64,000 bases of DNA from Peptococcaceae bacterium (lineage in GTDB: Bacteria; Bacillota; Desulfotomaculia; Desulfotomaculales; JACDOK01), in NCBI GenBank assembly GCA_017656185.1, contig JACDOK010000009.1, positions 1,227 to 65,226 of the forward strand, written 5' to 3'. Numbering within the stretch: the stretch's first letter is position 1; each line of letters starts with the position of its first letter. The notes under the pieces were generated by a model. That model searched no databases, was not told where the DNA came from, and was given only the letters and a program-made list of their open reading frames with translations. The position numbers and the translations under genes were made by a program. This document shows, piece after piece, positions 20,194-28,907 of the stretch.

Positions 20194-20634
20194 TTATTTC
20201 CCGTCTTCCCACAATGCCAGTCCGGTTTTCTCATTATAAACGCGGTTCAGCCCCTGATCGCCGGTGTGATATTCCTGAATGATATACTCGCAGGCAAATA
20301 CCTCGGTACCGGGGGCTAGATGCCCACCATAGCTATGGCCCTCTTCGTCCATTAAGGTGATATGGGCGTGTACGAAAGGTTCTTTGTCTTTGAGCGAGAT
20401 GTTCCCCACCAGCGAAATAATTTCTAGGGGTTCGGCAAAACTGATATAGGTATATTCCCGTTTTTGCTGTTTGTAATATCCTACCCTGGCTTTAGTGACT
20501 GCTCCGATGGCCCGTACTTCACCCGCCGTAATACTATTCTTAACGCAGATTTCTGTAAGGGCCGAAAGAAGGTCATCGCCCTTTTTAAGCCTGCCCATAA
20601 TAACCCGTCCCGGCGTGACTATTTTTTCAACCAA
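20194..20634 (-). CDS. PPC (DUF296) domain protein
   Basis: The core GRVIMGRLKKGDDLLSAL..GAVTKARVGYY.. is DUF296-like. Start chosen at a TTG preceded by AAAGGGGTG; the ORF track start of 20682 is less likely. Confidence 0.7.
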   Translation of the reverse strand: MVEKIVTPGRVIMGRLKKGDDLLSALTEICVKNSITAGEVRAIGAVTKARVGYYKQQKREYTYISFAEPLEIISLVGNISLKDKEPFVHAHITLMDEEGHSYGGHLAPGTEVFACEYIIQEYHTGDQGLNRVYNEKTGLALWEDGK

Positions 20635-20736
20635 TATCAGCACCCCTTTTTTAAGATACCATGACCAGTTCACCCTTGTCATTAAAGGTATTTATTCTTA
20701 AGAAGCATCAACTTACTTTTGCCGTTAAATTTATAT

Positions 20737-21021
20737 TTATATTTTAATTTCCCATACGGGCTCTACTTTGAAGGTTTCGATGTTGTTTAACGGCTTCCTG
20801 GTTACCTGCCAATCCGCCGGCAGCGCGAAAACGAGGCGTACGCCTAAAATTTCACAGGCTACGTGATCCGGGTCAAGGCGCACGACATGTAAAAGCTTCA
20901 CAGGTTTTTCCGGGGCTACAATGCTGTTAAAGTGGATTAAACAAATGTGTGTTCCCCAGGCGATGCCCATTATACAGCAGGCTAATAGGAGTGCCATTAA
21001 AAAGCGATATTTATGAGACAC
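20737..21021 (-). CDS. Hypothetical small membrane-anchored protein
   Basis: 94 aa with an N-terminal hydrophobic segment. Co-directional between spoIIP and the DUF296 gene. No recognisable motif. Confidence 0.4.
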   Translation of the reverse strand: MSHKYRFLMALLLACCIMGIAWGTHICLIHFNSIVAPEKPVKLLHVVRLDPDHVACEILGVRLVFALPADWQVTRKPLNNIETFKVEPVWEIKI

Positions 21022-21053
21022 ATGACTTCACTCTCCGTAACAGGCTGCTATTC

Positions 21054-22112
21054 TTAGTATGTTCCCGCGACCGTTTCCTCAGACAGGACGGCGGCAAGAA
21101 CATCCGCGAAGAGCCTGGCGGCCCGTAAAGCTTCTTCTTCCGTATTGTTTACGCTGCCTATTTCCACCAGAACCGCCCGAGGGTGCAGAAACTGGTTGTA
21201 ACGCCCCTGCAGCACTCTCACACCCAGGCATAAACCTGGATACATCTCGTCGGCTTTTTCTGCCAAGCGATTGGCAAAGGCCAAATTTTTGTGCCATTCC
21301 GGAAAAGGCTGACGGGCATCTGACCCCACTATGAGAAGTATCGTCGCTACCTTAACCCCGTTGAGTTCCACTACCCGGTAATCGGTACCTTTTTTACTGT
21401 CCCGGTGGATATCGAGGAGGGCTTTTAAACCAGGGTTAGCCTCAATGATACTGCGGGCCGTTTCATAGGAGGCAAAATATGACCTGTTGTACGGTACATC
21501 GTGAATTTTTTCGGAACGCACCACGCTGATGCCGTATTTTTTTACCAGCGTTTCTCCTATTACCTGCGCTGCTTTAACTACGCCGCCCGGCCGACCGTCA
21601 AAGCGTGTCACGCCGTCGGTAGGGAGATAGGTTTCCCCGGTATGAGTATTGTAGATACCAACTACGGCTGATTTTGATGCTGCATCTGTGATGGTCGCGG
21701 GTTTCACATGATCCCATATTGTTGGCACGCGGGTTGCTGCATGCTTTTCTCGGGCGGGCTTTTTTATTATTTCTTTATTATCCCCCGTTTCAGAAGTAAT
21801 TTTGGTATCCTTTGATGTTGGGGAATATGACGGTATGGCGGCGTAACCCATTTGGGAAATAATGATCTCCCCGGGTCCCTCCAGATTGACCCCGGTTATA
21901 TTGTTAAGAGTGTTAAAAATGGCCGTACGCAGGCTGGGGGAATTATCATCTGCAAAATAGGCCGGCCAAGCCATTTTCATAAGCTGGTGAGGGCGGCTGA
22001 TGTTCCACGACAGGACCTTGCCATTCCCGTTGAGTATAGTAAGTCCGGGCAGTTGAACCCATACGGTCACAAAAAAGACAAGTATTCCGCCAAACAAGGT
22101 GAGCCAGCGCAA
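21054..22112 (-). CDS. spoIIP: Stage II sporulation protein P
   Basis: 352 aa. N-terminal TM segment and IYNTHTGETY..DIHRD.. amidase-like motifs typical of SpoIIP. Confidence 0.85.
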   Translation of the reverse strand: MRWLTLFGGILVFFVTVWVQLPGLTILNGNGKVLSWNISRPHQLMKMAWPAYFADDNSPSLRTAIFNTLNNITGVNLEGPGEIIISQMGYAAIPSYSPTSKDTKITSETGDNKEIIKKPAREKHAATRVPTIWDHVKPATITDAASKSAVVGIYNTHTGETYLPTDGVTRFDGRPGGVVKAAQVIGETLVKKYGISVVRSEKIHDVPYNRSYFASYETARSIIEANPGLKALLDIHRDSKKGTDYRVVELNGVKVATILLIVGSDARQPFPEWHKNLAFANRLAEKADEMYPGLCLGVRVLQGRYNQFLHPRAVLVEIGSVNNTEEEALRAARLFADVLAAVLSEETVAGTY

Positions 22113-22117
22113 AATAA

Positions 22118-22158
22118 ATCCCCCCTTTGGCTATATACGCCTGAAAAGGGGGGTGTAT
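22118..22158 (-). terminator. Terminator-like hairpin (CCCCCCTTT..AAAGGGGGG)
   Basis: A G/C-rich inverted repeat downstream of the DUF360 gene, followed on the minus strand by ATTTATTTT. Confidence 0.5.
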
Positions 22159-22161
22159 ACC

Positions 22162-22521
22162 CTAGCGCAGCAGAGTCGGCACAAAGGCATCGATAAGACC
22201 AATCACAAAAGCGGCGATAAGAGCACCGATAATACTGACATTTAGTAAACCGGGAATAATAAACTGCGCCAGGTAGATGACCACGGCGGCGACAATAAAG
22301 CCAACCAAACCGCGGCTCTGGGGCGTAATCTTATCCCCCAGAAGCACCTCAGCCAGGTACCCCAGGATGGCGATAACGGCCGCAGCGATCAGGGCACCGA
22401 CAAACCCGCCTGATACGACGAAACCCGGGGCCGCCCAGCTTACGATCATTAAAACCAGTGCCGATACTACAAAGCGAATAATGACGCCAAGCCAGTTTTG
22501 ACGGACATTTTCTTCAGCCAT
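22162..22521 (-). CDS. DUF360/YvlD-type 4-TM membrane protein (phage-holin-IV superfamily)
   Basis: 119 aa with four hydrophobic helices and the family-typical size. Confidence 0.75.
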   Translation of the reverse strand: MAEENVRQNWLGVIIRFVVSALVLMIVSWAAPGFVVSGGFVGALIAAAVIAILGYLAEVLLGDKITPQSRGLVGFIVAAVVIYLAQFIIPGLLNVSIIGALIAAFVIGLIDAFVPTLLR

Positions 22522-22724
22522 TATTTCACCTCCTTTTATGAAACTCTATAAATAGCATTACCAAAAAAGGATAAGCTATACCTTAGTCGGGTGCGGGTAA
22601 AATTACCCGGGTTTTGATGGAAAGTTTTGCAAGCGTGTTATTTGGCAATCTTCTTATGGGACATCAACAGGTAGATATACCCGGTAACACATATTTCTTT
22701 TAGTTGCGGAGAAGATGATTCTAG

Positions 22725-23861
22725 GTGTTAAAAATGATTAGTAGGAATAAATTTTCCCGGGTTTTTCAAAAGCATGGTTCGCATTCCGGCGTTACTGCAA
22801 GGTTAGGTACAAGTTTGCTGTCAAAAGGGAAAAGAAACCGCCTCCCCGTTATCTGGCTGGGTACCAATACCTGCGCCGGGGACAGCATTTCTCTTCTAAA
22901 TTCTCTTGACCCGGGCTACCGGGCTATAATTTCAGATTTGATTGATTTGCGCTATTATCACTTTGGCATGCCCGCAGAGGGGGATAAATCCACCGGGGTA
23001 CTGGAGGATACTTTAGCTGAACGCCCCGGGGAATATGTTTTAATTGTGGAGGGCACCATTCCTACTCGCTCCAACGGCCTGTACTGCGTCATCGGTAACC
23101 GCCGCGGGAAACCTTTCACCGCCCTGGATGCAGTGCAGGAACTGGGCGCAGCGGCGCGTTACGTGGTGGCGGTGGGGACCTGCGCTTCTTTTGGAGGTCC
23201 TTATGCTGCTCACCCCAACCCTTCTGACGGCAAAGCCGTCCATAAAGTACTGGACAGGCAGGTAATCAACGTGCCGGGTTGCCCGGCGCACCCCGATTGG
23301 ATTGTGGGCACACTGGCGCATTTGGTGTGGTACGGGGAACCCGAGCTGGACGAATATAACCGTCCCACTTTGTTTTACGGGGAGACTATCCATAACTTGT
23401 GCCAGCGCAGGCATTATTTTGACAGCGGTATCTTTTCCGCCCATCCTGGGGAGCCCTGGTGCATGTATAAAGCAGGCTGCAAGGGGCCGGTAACCTTTGC
23501 CGATTGCCCTTACCGCCAGTGGAACGGGGAGCATCTGAACTGGCCCGTCAAGGCCAATACGCCCTGCATAGGCTGCGTCAGCCCGGAATTTCCCGACCAT
23601 ACCGAACCCTTTTTTGAACACCTGCCGGATATCCATTTACCCCAGGTAACTGTCAATGCCAATCGCGTGGGCGCTGTAACGGGTGTTTTAACCGCCATAG
23701 GTATCGGCGGGCATTTGGTGGCCAGTATTATCAAGGGTAGATTACCCAAGACTCTCAAGAAAGGTTTCTCCCCGGCCAAACCGGGGATAGAGATACTTCA
23801 AACCACCCCCGCCCAAATTTTAGTAGATAGTATTAAGAAAATGTTGAAGAAGAAACGTTAA
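22725..23861 (+). CDS. [NiFe] hydrogenase small subunit (divergent; C-terminal TM anchor, no RR signal seen)
   Basis: 378 aa. VIWLGTNTCAGDSISLL, GTCASFGG, PGCPAHPD, CIGC. C-terminal hydrophobic helix VTGVLTAIGIGGHLVASII. Confidence 0.85.
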   Translation: MLKMISRNKFSRVFQKHGSHSGVTARLGTSLLSKGKRNRLPVIWLGTNTCAGDSISLLNSLDPGYRAIISDLIDLRYYHFGMPAEGDKSTGVLEDTLAERPGEYVLIVEGTIPTRSNGLYCVIGNRRGKPFTALDAVQELGAAARYVVAVGTCASFGGPYAAHPNPSDGKAVHKVLDRQVINVPGCPAHPDWIVGTLAHLVWYGEPELDEYNRPTLFYGETIHNLCQRRHYFDSGIFSAHPGEPWCMYKAGCKGPVTFADCPYRQWNGEHLNWPVKANTPCIGCVSPEFPDHTEPFFEHLPDIHLPQVTVNANRVGAVTGVLTAIGIGGHLVASIIKGRLPKTLKKGFSPAKPGIEILQTTPAQILVDSIKKMLKKKR

Positions 23862-23874
23862 AGGACTGGCTGGT

Positions 23875-25284
23875 ATGAAGAAGATCATCATCAACCCGGT
23901 TACACGTTCAAACAGCCCTTTTGTGGTGGAGGTAACGGTTTCAGAGGGAAAAGTGGTGGATACCAAATGTAGCTGCCAGTTTTTCCGGGGTTTTGAATTA
24001 ATATTGCAAAATCGGGATCCCCGGGATGCCTGTTACCTCACCGAACGTGTTTGCGGTATCTGCTCCTCGGCTCACGGTATGGCGGCAGCCTTTGCCCTGG
24101 AGAATGCCGCGGGCGTACGACCTCCGTACAACGGAAATATATTGCGCAATCTAATTTTGGGTGCCGACCTGTTACAGAACCACATCCGGCATTTTTACTT
24201 TTTAAGCCTGTCTGACTATGTGAAGGGTCCCGACTTGCCCCCCTTTGTTCCCAGCTATAAAAAAGACTTTCGGCTATCCAAGAAGGCTAACGAGGCCATG
24301 CTGCAAAACTATTATGAGGCTTTGGAAATAGGCAGGTTGGCCCATGAACTGATGGCTCTACTGGGGGCTAAGGCACCCTTTCCGCATAGCATCCTGGCCG
24401 GGGGCAGTACTGTGGCTCCAACTGTCGATGTGATCATAGATTTTTATTATAAGTTAAAAAAAATCAATGACTTTATTCAAAACAAGATGATTCCCGATGT
24501 ACATACCCTGGCCGAGACCTATGCCGATTATTTTGAAATCGGTAATAGGAATGCCAATATGCTGGACTTCGGCCTGTTTCCTAAAGATGAACATGACCGG
24601 GAACGATATTTTCCTGCAGGCCTGGCGCTGGAAGGGCGGGTGCAGGAGGTTGACCTAAAGCCTATTAAGGAAGATTTAAGTTACTCCTGGTATGCTGATA
24701 AAGGTGTTCCTCAAGATCCATATACGGAAGAAACTGTACCTGACCGGGAGAAGGATGGGGCTTATTCCTGGGTTAAGGCCCCTCGTTATAACGGGAAGGC
24801 TGTAGAGGGGGGGCCCTTAGCCCGGTCCTGGATCAGGGGGGACTACCGCCGGGGTGTTTCTGTCATGGACCGGATCATGGCCCGGGTGCTGGAAACGGAA
24901 CTGGTGGGGCGGTTGATGGAGGGCTGGCTGGAAGAACTGCGTCCTGGTGAACCCGTATTCAAGCCTTTTGCCATCCCCCAGGAAGCGGAAGGGGCAGGCC
25001 TTACCGGCGCCATGCGCGGGCCCCTGGGGCACTGGCTGCGCATTGAAAAGGGGAAAATCGCCCACTACCAGATAATTACTCCGACCGCGTGGAATATGTC
25101 CCCCCAGGACGCTACAGGTCAGCCCGGACCAATGGAAGAAGCCTTGCTGGGTACCCCCGTGGCCGATGCAAACGAGCCCGTGGAGATCAGCCGGTTGGTC
25201 CGGTCTTTCGACCCTTGCTCTGCCTGTGCCACCCATATAATAATACCCGGCGCGCCGGTACGGGAATTTATTATTTGTGTTTAA
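23875..25284 (+). CDS. [NiFe] hydrogenase large subunit (divergent, 469 aa)
   Basis: L1 motif RVCGICSSAH and C-terminal DPCSACATH. The N-terminus reads NPVTRSNSPF where RIEGH is usual. Confidence 0.9.
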   Translation: MKKIIINPVTRSNSPFVVEVTVSEGKVVDTKCSCQFFRGFELILQNRDPRDACYLTERVCGICSSAHGMAAAFALENAAGVRPPYNGNILRNLILGADLLQNHIRHFYFLSLSDYVKGPDLPPFVPSYKKDFRLSKKANEAMLQNYYEALEIGRLAHELMALLGAKAPFPHSILAGGSTVAPTVDVIIDFYYKLKKINDFIQNKMIPDVHTLAETYADYFEIGNRNANMLDFGLFPKDEHDRERYFPAGLALEGRVQEVDLKPIKEDLSYSWYADKGVPQDPYTEETVPDREKDGAYSWVKAPRYNGKAVEGGPLARSWIRGDYRRGVSVMDRIMARVLETELVGRLMEGWLEELRPGEPVFKPFAIPQEAEGAGLTGAMRGPLGHWLRIEKGKIAHYQIITPTAWNMSPQDATGQPGPMEEALLGTPVADANEPVEISRLVRSFDPCSACATHIIIPGAPVREFIICV

Positions 25285-25305
25285 CTACATTGGGGTGTTA
25301 ATTCG

Positions 25306-25926
25306 TTGAAATTCAAGAATAATTTGCTGGGCATAAGGCTAAAAGGGGTAAAAACTTTCCGCCATTCCTGGCCTATCAGGGTGTTGCATTGGGTGCTGGC
25401 ACCGTCTTTTCTGATACTCGTGGCCAGTGGGTTATATATACATAAACCCTCACGGGTCTGGGGTTTTCGCAGTATGGATTCGGCACGAAAAGCCCATTTT
25501 ATTGCCCAGTATTTTTTTGGCTTTTATTTCTTAGCCCGGGCTTATTATGCCGTGGTAACCAGGGATTACCGTAAAATTTTCCCTGGGGTAAAGGATATTA
25601 TTGCTTTGCCAAAATTCGTGGCCTACGAGTTGTTTTTGAAAAAGAAAAAGCCCAAATATCCCAGGTATAATCCCGGGCAGAAGTTACTGTATTCCCAGAT
25701 GGCATTGCTTTTTCCCCTGCAGATAATTACCGGGGCAGTCCTGTATTTAACCGGCAAGTTGCAAAAACTAAGCCGCTTTTTCGGTGGTCTGAATAATGTT
25801 CGCTTGGCACATTATCTAACTACGGTTGGATTGTCAAGTATGGTGGCAGGGCATATCTATTTTGCTTTAACAGACAGTGTGGAAAAACTCAAGTCAATTT
25901 TCACCGGTTATTTTAAACCAAAGTAA
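25306..25926 (+). CDS. Ni/Fe-hydrogenase b-type cytochrome subunit
   Basis: 206 aa, 4 TM segments, His-containing helices (IRVLHWV.., AHYLT..GHIYF). TTG start. Confidence 0.8.
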   Translation: MKFKNNLLGIRLKGVKTFRHSWPIRVLHWVLAPSFLILVASGLYIHKPSRVWGFRSMDSARKAHFIAQYFFGFYFLARAYYAVVTRDYRKIFPGVKDIIALPKFVAYELFLKKKKPKYPRYNPGQKLLYSQMALLFPLQIITGAVLYLTGKLQKLSRFFGGLNNVRLAHYLTTVGLSSMVAGHIYFALTDSVEKLKSIFTGYFKPK

Positions 25927-25979
25927 ATAAGGATAAGAGAAGGTCATCCCCATATAACTACATACGGGAAGGGATAATC

Positions 25980-26474
25980 GTGACAAAAATTGCCGTAATC
26001 GGCCTGGGTAATCCTCTGCTCAAGGACGACGGTATCGGCCCTCGGGTTATTCGGGAATTACAAAAAAGTGACTTGCCTCCCTGGGTGAAGGCTGTTGAAG
26101 CGGGAGGTTCTTTTTATTACTACTGGGATCTACTGCTGAATTGCCGTTATGTTATTGCCGTTGATAGCATGCTGGGGGGCGGCTTACCGGGATCCGTTTA
26201 CCTGGTTACTCCTGAGCAAATAGCGGGGTCGGAACCGGTCCCGGGGCTGCGGCACGAAGTACATTTTCTGGACGTCCTGAAAATGGTGTCTTTTTACGGC
26301 GCCAGGCCACAAGTTACTATAATCGGTGTGGAACCTAAAGAGATTACCTATTCTACCGAACTTTCCATGGAAATCGCTGAGAAAATCCCGGCGATTACCG
26401 GGATTGTCCGCCAACTATGCCAGTCATTTAATCCTTCACCGATGGCTATTATCAACAAAACAGTGGTAAGATAG
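25980..26474 (+). CDS. Hydrogenase maturation endopeptidase (HyaD/HybD family)
   Basis: 164 aa. VIGLGNPLLKDDGIGPRV is the signature N-terminus. Confidence 0.85.
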   Translation: MTKIAVIGLGNPLLKDDGIGPRVIRELQKSDLPPWVKAVEAGGSFYYYWDLLLNCRYVIAVDSMLGGGLPGSVYLVTPEQIAGSEPVPGLRHEVHFLDVLKMVSFYGARPQVTIIGVEPKEITYSTELSMEIAEKIPAITGIVRQLCQSFNPSPMAIINKTVVR

Positions 26475-26548
26475 TAAAATTTAAAATAGCGACTTAGAAT
26501 AATAAACCTCGGGTTCAAGGTTTATACTAGTACCGGAGGTGAAGAAGA

Positions 26549-26840
26549 TTGGAAACAGGTATTTCCTGGGATAACTGGAAAAAAAGTCTTAAGAACGGGA
26601 ATAAATGCTGCGGAGTTCGTAGGACTGTCCGAGGATAGGATCAAGGATGCGGCTTATCGTTTGGGGGGATTTTTGGCCGGCCATATCGACTCGGGTAACC
26701 GGGAACAGCGCTTACTTCAAGAGTTGTGGTTGGAGGGAACGGAAGATGAAAGAAGGGCGCTGACTTCGATGCTTGTGAAAGTGTTAGAACGGGATGATAA
26801 ACGGGATAAGGAAATAGTGGACCGGGATTGGAACCATTAA
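26549..26840 (+). pseudogene. DUF3243/YmfJ-like small protein gene split by a frameshift at an A7 run (26559-26580 region)
   Basis: Frame A reads (TTG)ETGISWDNWKK. The +1 frame continues ..GINAAEFVGLSEDRIKDAAYRLGGFLAGHIDSGNREQRLLQELW..SMLVKVLE..*. No start codon exists in the long frame. Confidence 0.45.
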
Positions 26841-26874
26841 TTAACTACAAGTTATCGTTATCGGCGTACGGTCC

Positions 26875-26952
26875 TAAGCAGGATTAGGGCTACGTGGGTT
26901 ACTGTTTATTGCCTCCCAGCGATTGCGTAATGTAGTGGTTGTGTAGTGGTAA
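26875..26952. repeat. Degenerate word repeats (TAAGCAGGATTAGGG; TGTAGTGGTTG/TGTAGTGGTAA 11-nt doublet)
   Basis: Seen directly. The words resemble those of the mosaic repeat family. Confidence 0.4.
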
Positions 26953-26969
26953 TAGCCCAGAAACAGTGC

Positions 26970-26998
26970 TTGCAATTTCCAATAGCACGTGATAAAAT
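26970..26998 (+). promoter_or_regulatory. SigA-type promoter for rpsT (TTGCAA-N17-TAAAAT)
   Basis: Hexamers with 17-nt spacing, ~22 nt upstream of the rpsT start codon. Confidence 0.45.
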
Positions 26999-27019
26999 CA
27001 CCCATTGGGAGGTGAAAAA

Positions 27020-27286
27020 GTGGCCAACACCAAGACGGCTATCAAGCGTACCAAGTATATCCGCAAGCGCACCCTGCGCAACAAGCAGTTAAAATCCCAA
27101 CTTAAAACGGCCATCAAGCGTTTTGAACAAGCCCTTCAGAACGGCAACAAGGAAGAGGCTCAGGAGAAGCTGCGGGCGGCGCTTGTTAGAATTGATAAAT
27201 CGGTGACCAAAGGTATTTTGCATAAAAACACGGCGGCACGGAAGAAATCCCAGCTTACCAGAATGTACAACAACGCGGTTTCCTAA
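27020..27286 (+). CDS. rpsT: 30S ribosomal protein S20
   Basis: (V)ANTKTAIKRTKYIRKRTLRN.. GTG start at 27020 with RBS GGGAGGTG; the TTG at 27005 in the ORF track is less likely. Confidence 0.9.
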   Translation: MANTKTAIKRTKYIRKRTLRNKQLKSQLKTAIKRFEQALQNGNKEEAQEKLRAALVRIDKSVTKGILHKNTAARKKSQLTRMYNNAVS

Positions 27287-27305
27287 AACCGCGTTTTTGA
27301 TTTTT
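27273..27305 (+). terminator. Rho-independent terminator of rpsT
   Basis: ACGCGGTTT-CCTA-AAACCGCGT followed by TTTTGATTTTT. It overlaps the stop codon. Confidence 0.65.
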
Positions 27306-27347
27306 AGACGGAATTAACAGGATCGATAGTAATCCTGCCTATAAGAC

Positions 27348-28382
27348 TTAACTGCCGGTTGATGCTTTAATAATGAAATCGGCCATAGCCGGGCGGAAGT
27401 CCTGCCGCCCGCTTTTAATGCCGGCGTCAATTTCCGTAATTTCTTCCAATAGTGCTATCAAGCGGCGGCGTTCAAATTTACGCCCCTGGTCGAGCGCTTT
27501 ACGTACTGAAAAAGGATGGACTTTTAACCGCGCGGCCATTTCTTGAGGGGTCAACCCGGCTTGTCTTAACTCTTTGACCGCCAGCATAATCCGCAAATGG
27601 CGGGCCAACAGGCTTAAAAAGCCAAAGGGTGATTCTTTGGCTTCCAAAAGCAAGTCGATGCCCTCTAAAGCCTGTGTGCCTTTTCCGGCCACGATGGCGT
27701 CAATGACCTGAAAAACCGTTGTTTCCACCGAGGGAACGACCACCGCGGATACATCATTGTGATCAATGGTGTCTTTTTCGGCTGCATAAGCCAGTACCTT
27801 TTGGAGATCATTCTGCAATCCCTGCAGACCACCCCGCGCGGATTGTACCAGCGTATGTAAGGCCGTATCGGTAAACCGCTTTCCTGCCTTTTTGCCTTCC
27901 CTGGCCACCCATTTGGCGGCGTCTGCCGCGCGCAAAGGTTGACAGTCCATTACCTTTCCTACCTTTGATACCAGCTGGTAGGCCTTTTTCCTTTTGTCCA
28001 CGGCGCCGTTTTTCAAGAACACCAGGCTGGTGGATTCTACGGGATGTTCCAGGTAGCGGAGAAGCGATTTTTCTCCTGAACGGGCCAACTTTTCCCCGTC
28101 CTTGTTGTTGGGATGACCGAAATAAGGGGCATGTTTTACCACGACCAGTCGTCGTTCGGCCATTACGGGATGCGTTTGGGCCGCCTGGACAATATGTTCC
28201 GCCGTTATCTCGTCACCGTCCAGCTGCTGGTAGTTGAAAGCTTCCATTCCGGGGGGCAGTAAGGCTTCTTTAAGGCGTTCCACAGCTTTGCGGTGCAAAA
28301 ACACTTCCTCCCCGTGCAGCAGGTACACGGGATAGAATTGGCCTTGTTCTATTTCCTTGACAAAAAGGCGGAAATATTCCAC
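27348..28382 (-). CDS. holA: DNA polymerase III delta subunit
   Basis: 344 aa. N-terminus ..YPVYLLHGEE.FL.. and the conserved position opposite rpsT as in Bacillus. GTG start with RBS GGAGGT. Confidence 0.85.
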   Translation of the reverse strand: MEYFRLFVKEIEQGQFYPVYLLHGEEVFLHRKAVERLKEALLPPGMEAFNYQQLDGDEITAEHIVQAAQTHPVMAERRLVVVKHAPYFGHPNNKDGEKLARSGEKSLLRYLEHPVESTSLVFLKNGAVDKRKKAYQLVSKVGKVMDCQPLRAADAAKWVAREGKKAGKRFTDTALHTLVQSARGGLQGLQNDLQKVLAYAAEKDTIDHNDVSAVVVPSVETTVFQVIDAIVAGKGTQALEGIDLLLEAKESPFGFLSLLARHLRIMLAVKELRQAGLTPQEMAARLKVHPFSVRKALDQGRKFERRRLIALLEEITEIDAGIKSGRQDFRPAMADFIIKASTGS

Positions 28383-28460
28383 GACGTTACCTCCATCTAT
28401 CTTGTTGGTACTTTTTTACCATAATATATCGTGGAACGGGACAGGCGCAAAGAGAAAACG

Positions 28461-28564
28461 GCCCAGCACTCAGGGTGTAATAAGTATACATAGGAGCATA
28501 AAAGTTAATCACTGGTTAACGAACCCGATATGTGAACTATTGTTACACCTGCTGAGTGCTGGAC
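28461..28564. mobile_element. MITE-like element copy A (104 bp; GCCCAGCACTCAG...CTGAGTGCTGGAC)
   Basis: The inverted-repeat arms extend to ~20 nt (..GGGTGTAA / TTACACC.TG..), with a 78-nt AT-rich interior ending CTATTGTTA. Confidence 0.55.
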
Positions 28565-28604
28565 TGTTCAAGAAATGTATATTAAGGGAATGGGAGAAAG
28601 ACGT

Positions 28605-28662
28605 GCTAAATAAAAAACCACGAACGTCTCACTCCTTCTTGGAGAACCAAGACCTTCGTGGT
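28605..28662 (-). terminator. Orphan terminator-like hairpin on the minus strand
   Basis: ACCACGAA..(inner CTTGG-AGAA-CCAAG)..TTCGTGGT, followed on the minus strand by TTTTTTATTT. No annotated minus-strand gene lies upstream of it. Confidence 0.4.
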
Positions 28663-28907
28663 CTAATTCAAAATTTGCAATTTCTTCTTAGAAAGCTTAT
28701 ACCAAAGAGTTTTGTTGCTCCGGGCCGGCCTTCGGGCCGGTATTGTCCGGTACAAGAAGCATTTAATTATTTAATATATTATCTGTTTGTTTAAAAATTC
28801 CTTCAACAAATCTTGATAAATTTTATCTAATCTTTAACAAAACCATATTCTTCTATCAGCCGTCATAGTCAATAGAGATATATTAAACAAAGGCAAAGGA
28901 GGTCATT

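Noticed and set aside
28357-28794. A 145-aa ORF spanning the holA / wall-protein intergenic region
   Set aside because: It overlaps the holA start, runs through the MITE-like element and two hairpins, and has no RBS or recognisable domain.
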